A DNA stretch of 64,000 nt from Macrostomum lignano. Lineage: Eukaryota. The stretch covers positions 1 to 64,000 of the forward strand of contig NIVC01002102.1 in the NCBI GenBank assembly GCA_002269645.1, in the 5' to 3' direction. How positions within the stretch are numbered: the first letter of the stretch is position 1; each line of letters starts with the position of its first letter. Below are positions 62,833 to 64,000 of this stretch, piece by piece. Under the pieces are notes generated by a model. The model was not told where the DNA came from. It searched no databases and saw only the letters and a list, made by a program, of their open reading frames with translations. The translations under genes were made by a program, and so were the position numbers.

Positions 62833-64000
62833 CTCCCCTGTGCCCCATCCTCCCCTGTGCCCCATCCTCCCCTGTGCCCCATCCTCCCCTGTGCCCCATC
62901 CTCCCCTGTGCCCCATCCTCCCCTGGGCTCCATCCCCCCTTTGCCCCATCCTCCCCTGTGCCCCATCCTCCCCTGTGCCCAATCCTCCCCTGTGCCCCAT
63001 CCTCCCCTGTGCCCCATCCTCCCCTGTGCCCCATCCTCCCCTGTGCCCCATCCTCCCCTGTGCCCCATCCTTCCCTGTGCCCCATCCTCCCCTGTGCCCC
63101 ATCCTCCCCTGTGCCCCATCCTCCCCTGGGCTCCATCCCCCTTTGCCCCATCCTCCCCTGTGCCCCATCCTCCCCTGTGCCCCATCCTTCCCTGTGCCCC
63201 ATCCTCCCCTGTGCCCCATCCTCCCCTGTGCCCCATCCTCCCCTGGGCTCCATCCCCCCTTTGCCCCATCCTCCCCTGTGCCCCATCCTCCCTGTGCCCA
63301 ATCCTCCCCTGTGCCCCATCCTCCCCTGTGCCCCATCCTCCCCTGTGCCCCATCCTCCCCTGTGCCCCATCCTCCCCTGTGCCCCATCCTCCCTGTGCCC
63401 AATCCTCCCCTGTGCCCCATCCTCCCCTGTGCCCCATCCTCCCCTGTGCCCCATCCTCCCCTGTGCTCCATCCTCCCCTGTGCCCCATCCTCCCCTGTGC
63501 CCCATCCTCCCCTGTGCCCCATCCTCCCCTGTGCCCAATCCTCCCCTGTGCCCCATCCTCCCCTGTGCCCCATCCTCCCCTGTGCCCCATCCTCCCCTGT
63601 GCCCCATCCTTCCCTGTGCCCCATCCTCCCCTGTGCCCCATCCTCCCCTGTGCCCCATCCTTCCCTGTGCCCCATCCTCCCCTGTGCCCCATCCTCCCCT
63701 GTGCCCCATCCTCCCCCTGTGCCCCATCCTCCCCTGTGCCCCATCCTCCCCTGTGCCCCATGCTCCCCTGTGCCCCATCCTCCCCTGTGCCCCATCCTCC
63801 CCTGGGCTCCATCCCCCCTTTGCCCCATCCTCCCTGTGCCCCATCCTCCCCTGTGCCCAATCCTCCCCTGTGCCCCATCCTCCCCTGTGCCCCATCCTCC
63901 CCTGTGCCCCATCCTCCCCTGTGCCCCATCCTCCCCTGTGCCCCATCCTCCCCTGTGCTCCATCCTCCCCTGTGCCCCATCCTCCCTGTGCCCCATCCTC
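62833..64000. repeat. 17-bp C-rich minisatellite (CCCCTGTGCCCCATCCT) x>68, runs off window
   Basis: Tandem array that explains the three ~390-aa minus-strand ORFs. Confidence 0.97.

Overview
Eukaryotic (metazoan) genomic DNA. GC-rich spliced exons separated by introns filled with private minisatellites suggest a free-living flatworm such as Macrostomum; this is inference from sequence style only. Host genes built by hand from GT-AG sites and frame continuity: a co-oriented minus-strand run of cyclin B, HDAC11, a C14orf119/DUF4508 homologue and two paralogous signal-peptide/CUB-like genes; then ARP6 (+), an intronless UBE2D-like E2 (+), an NDUFA4/C15orf48-like microprotein (+), SSUH2 (-) and one unassigned exon. 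Two identical initiator tRNA-Met genes lie antisense in introns of HDAC11 and cyclin B. Mobile DNA: an EnSpm/CACTA (CMC)-type transposase with a divergent DUF4806-like partner; a ~1 kb inverted duplication of the transposase 3' half (Mu-killer-like hairpin geometry, the top candidate system); a decayed P-element/THAP transposon with a nested insertion; a non-autonomous CMC element with a BEN-like ORF; a young solo LTR and a CpG-decayed relative; hAT MITEs; two tRNA-derived SINE families; a mariner fragment; and many tandem arrays. No CRISPR or prokaryotic features. Most long ORFs in the supplied track are translated minisatellites.
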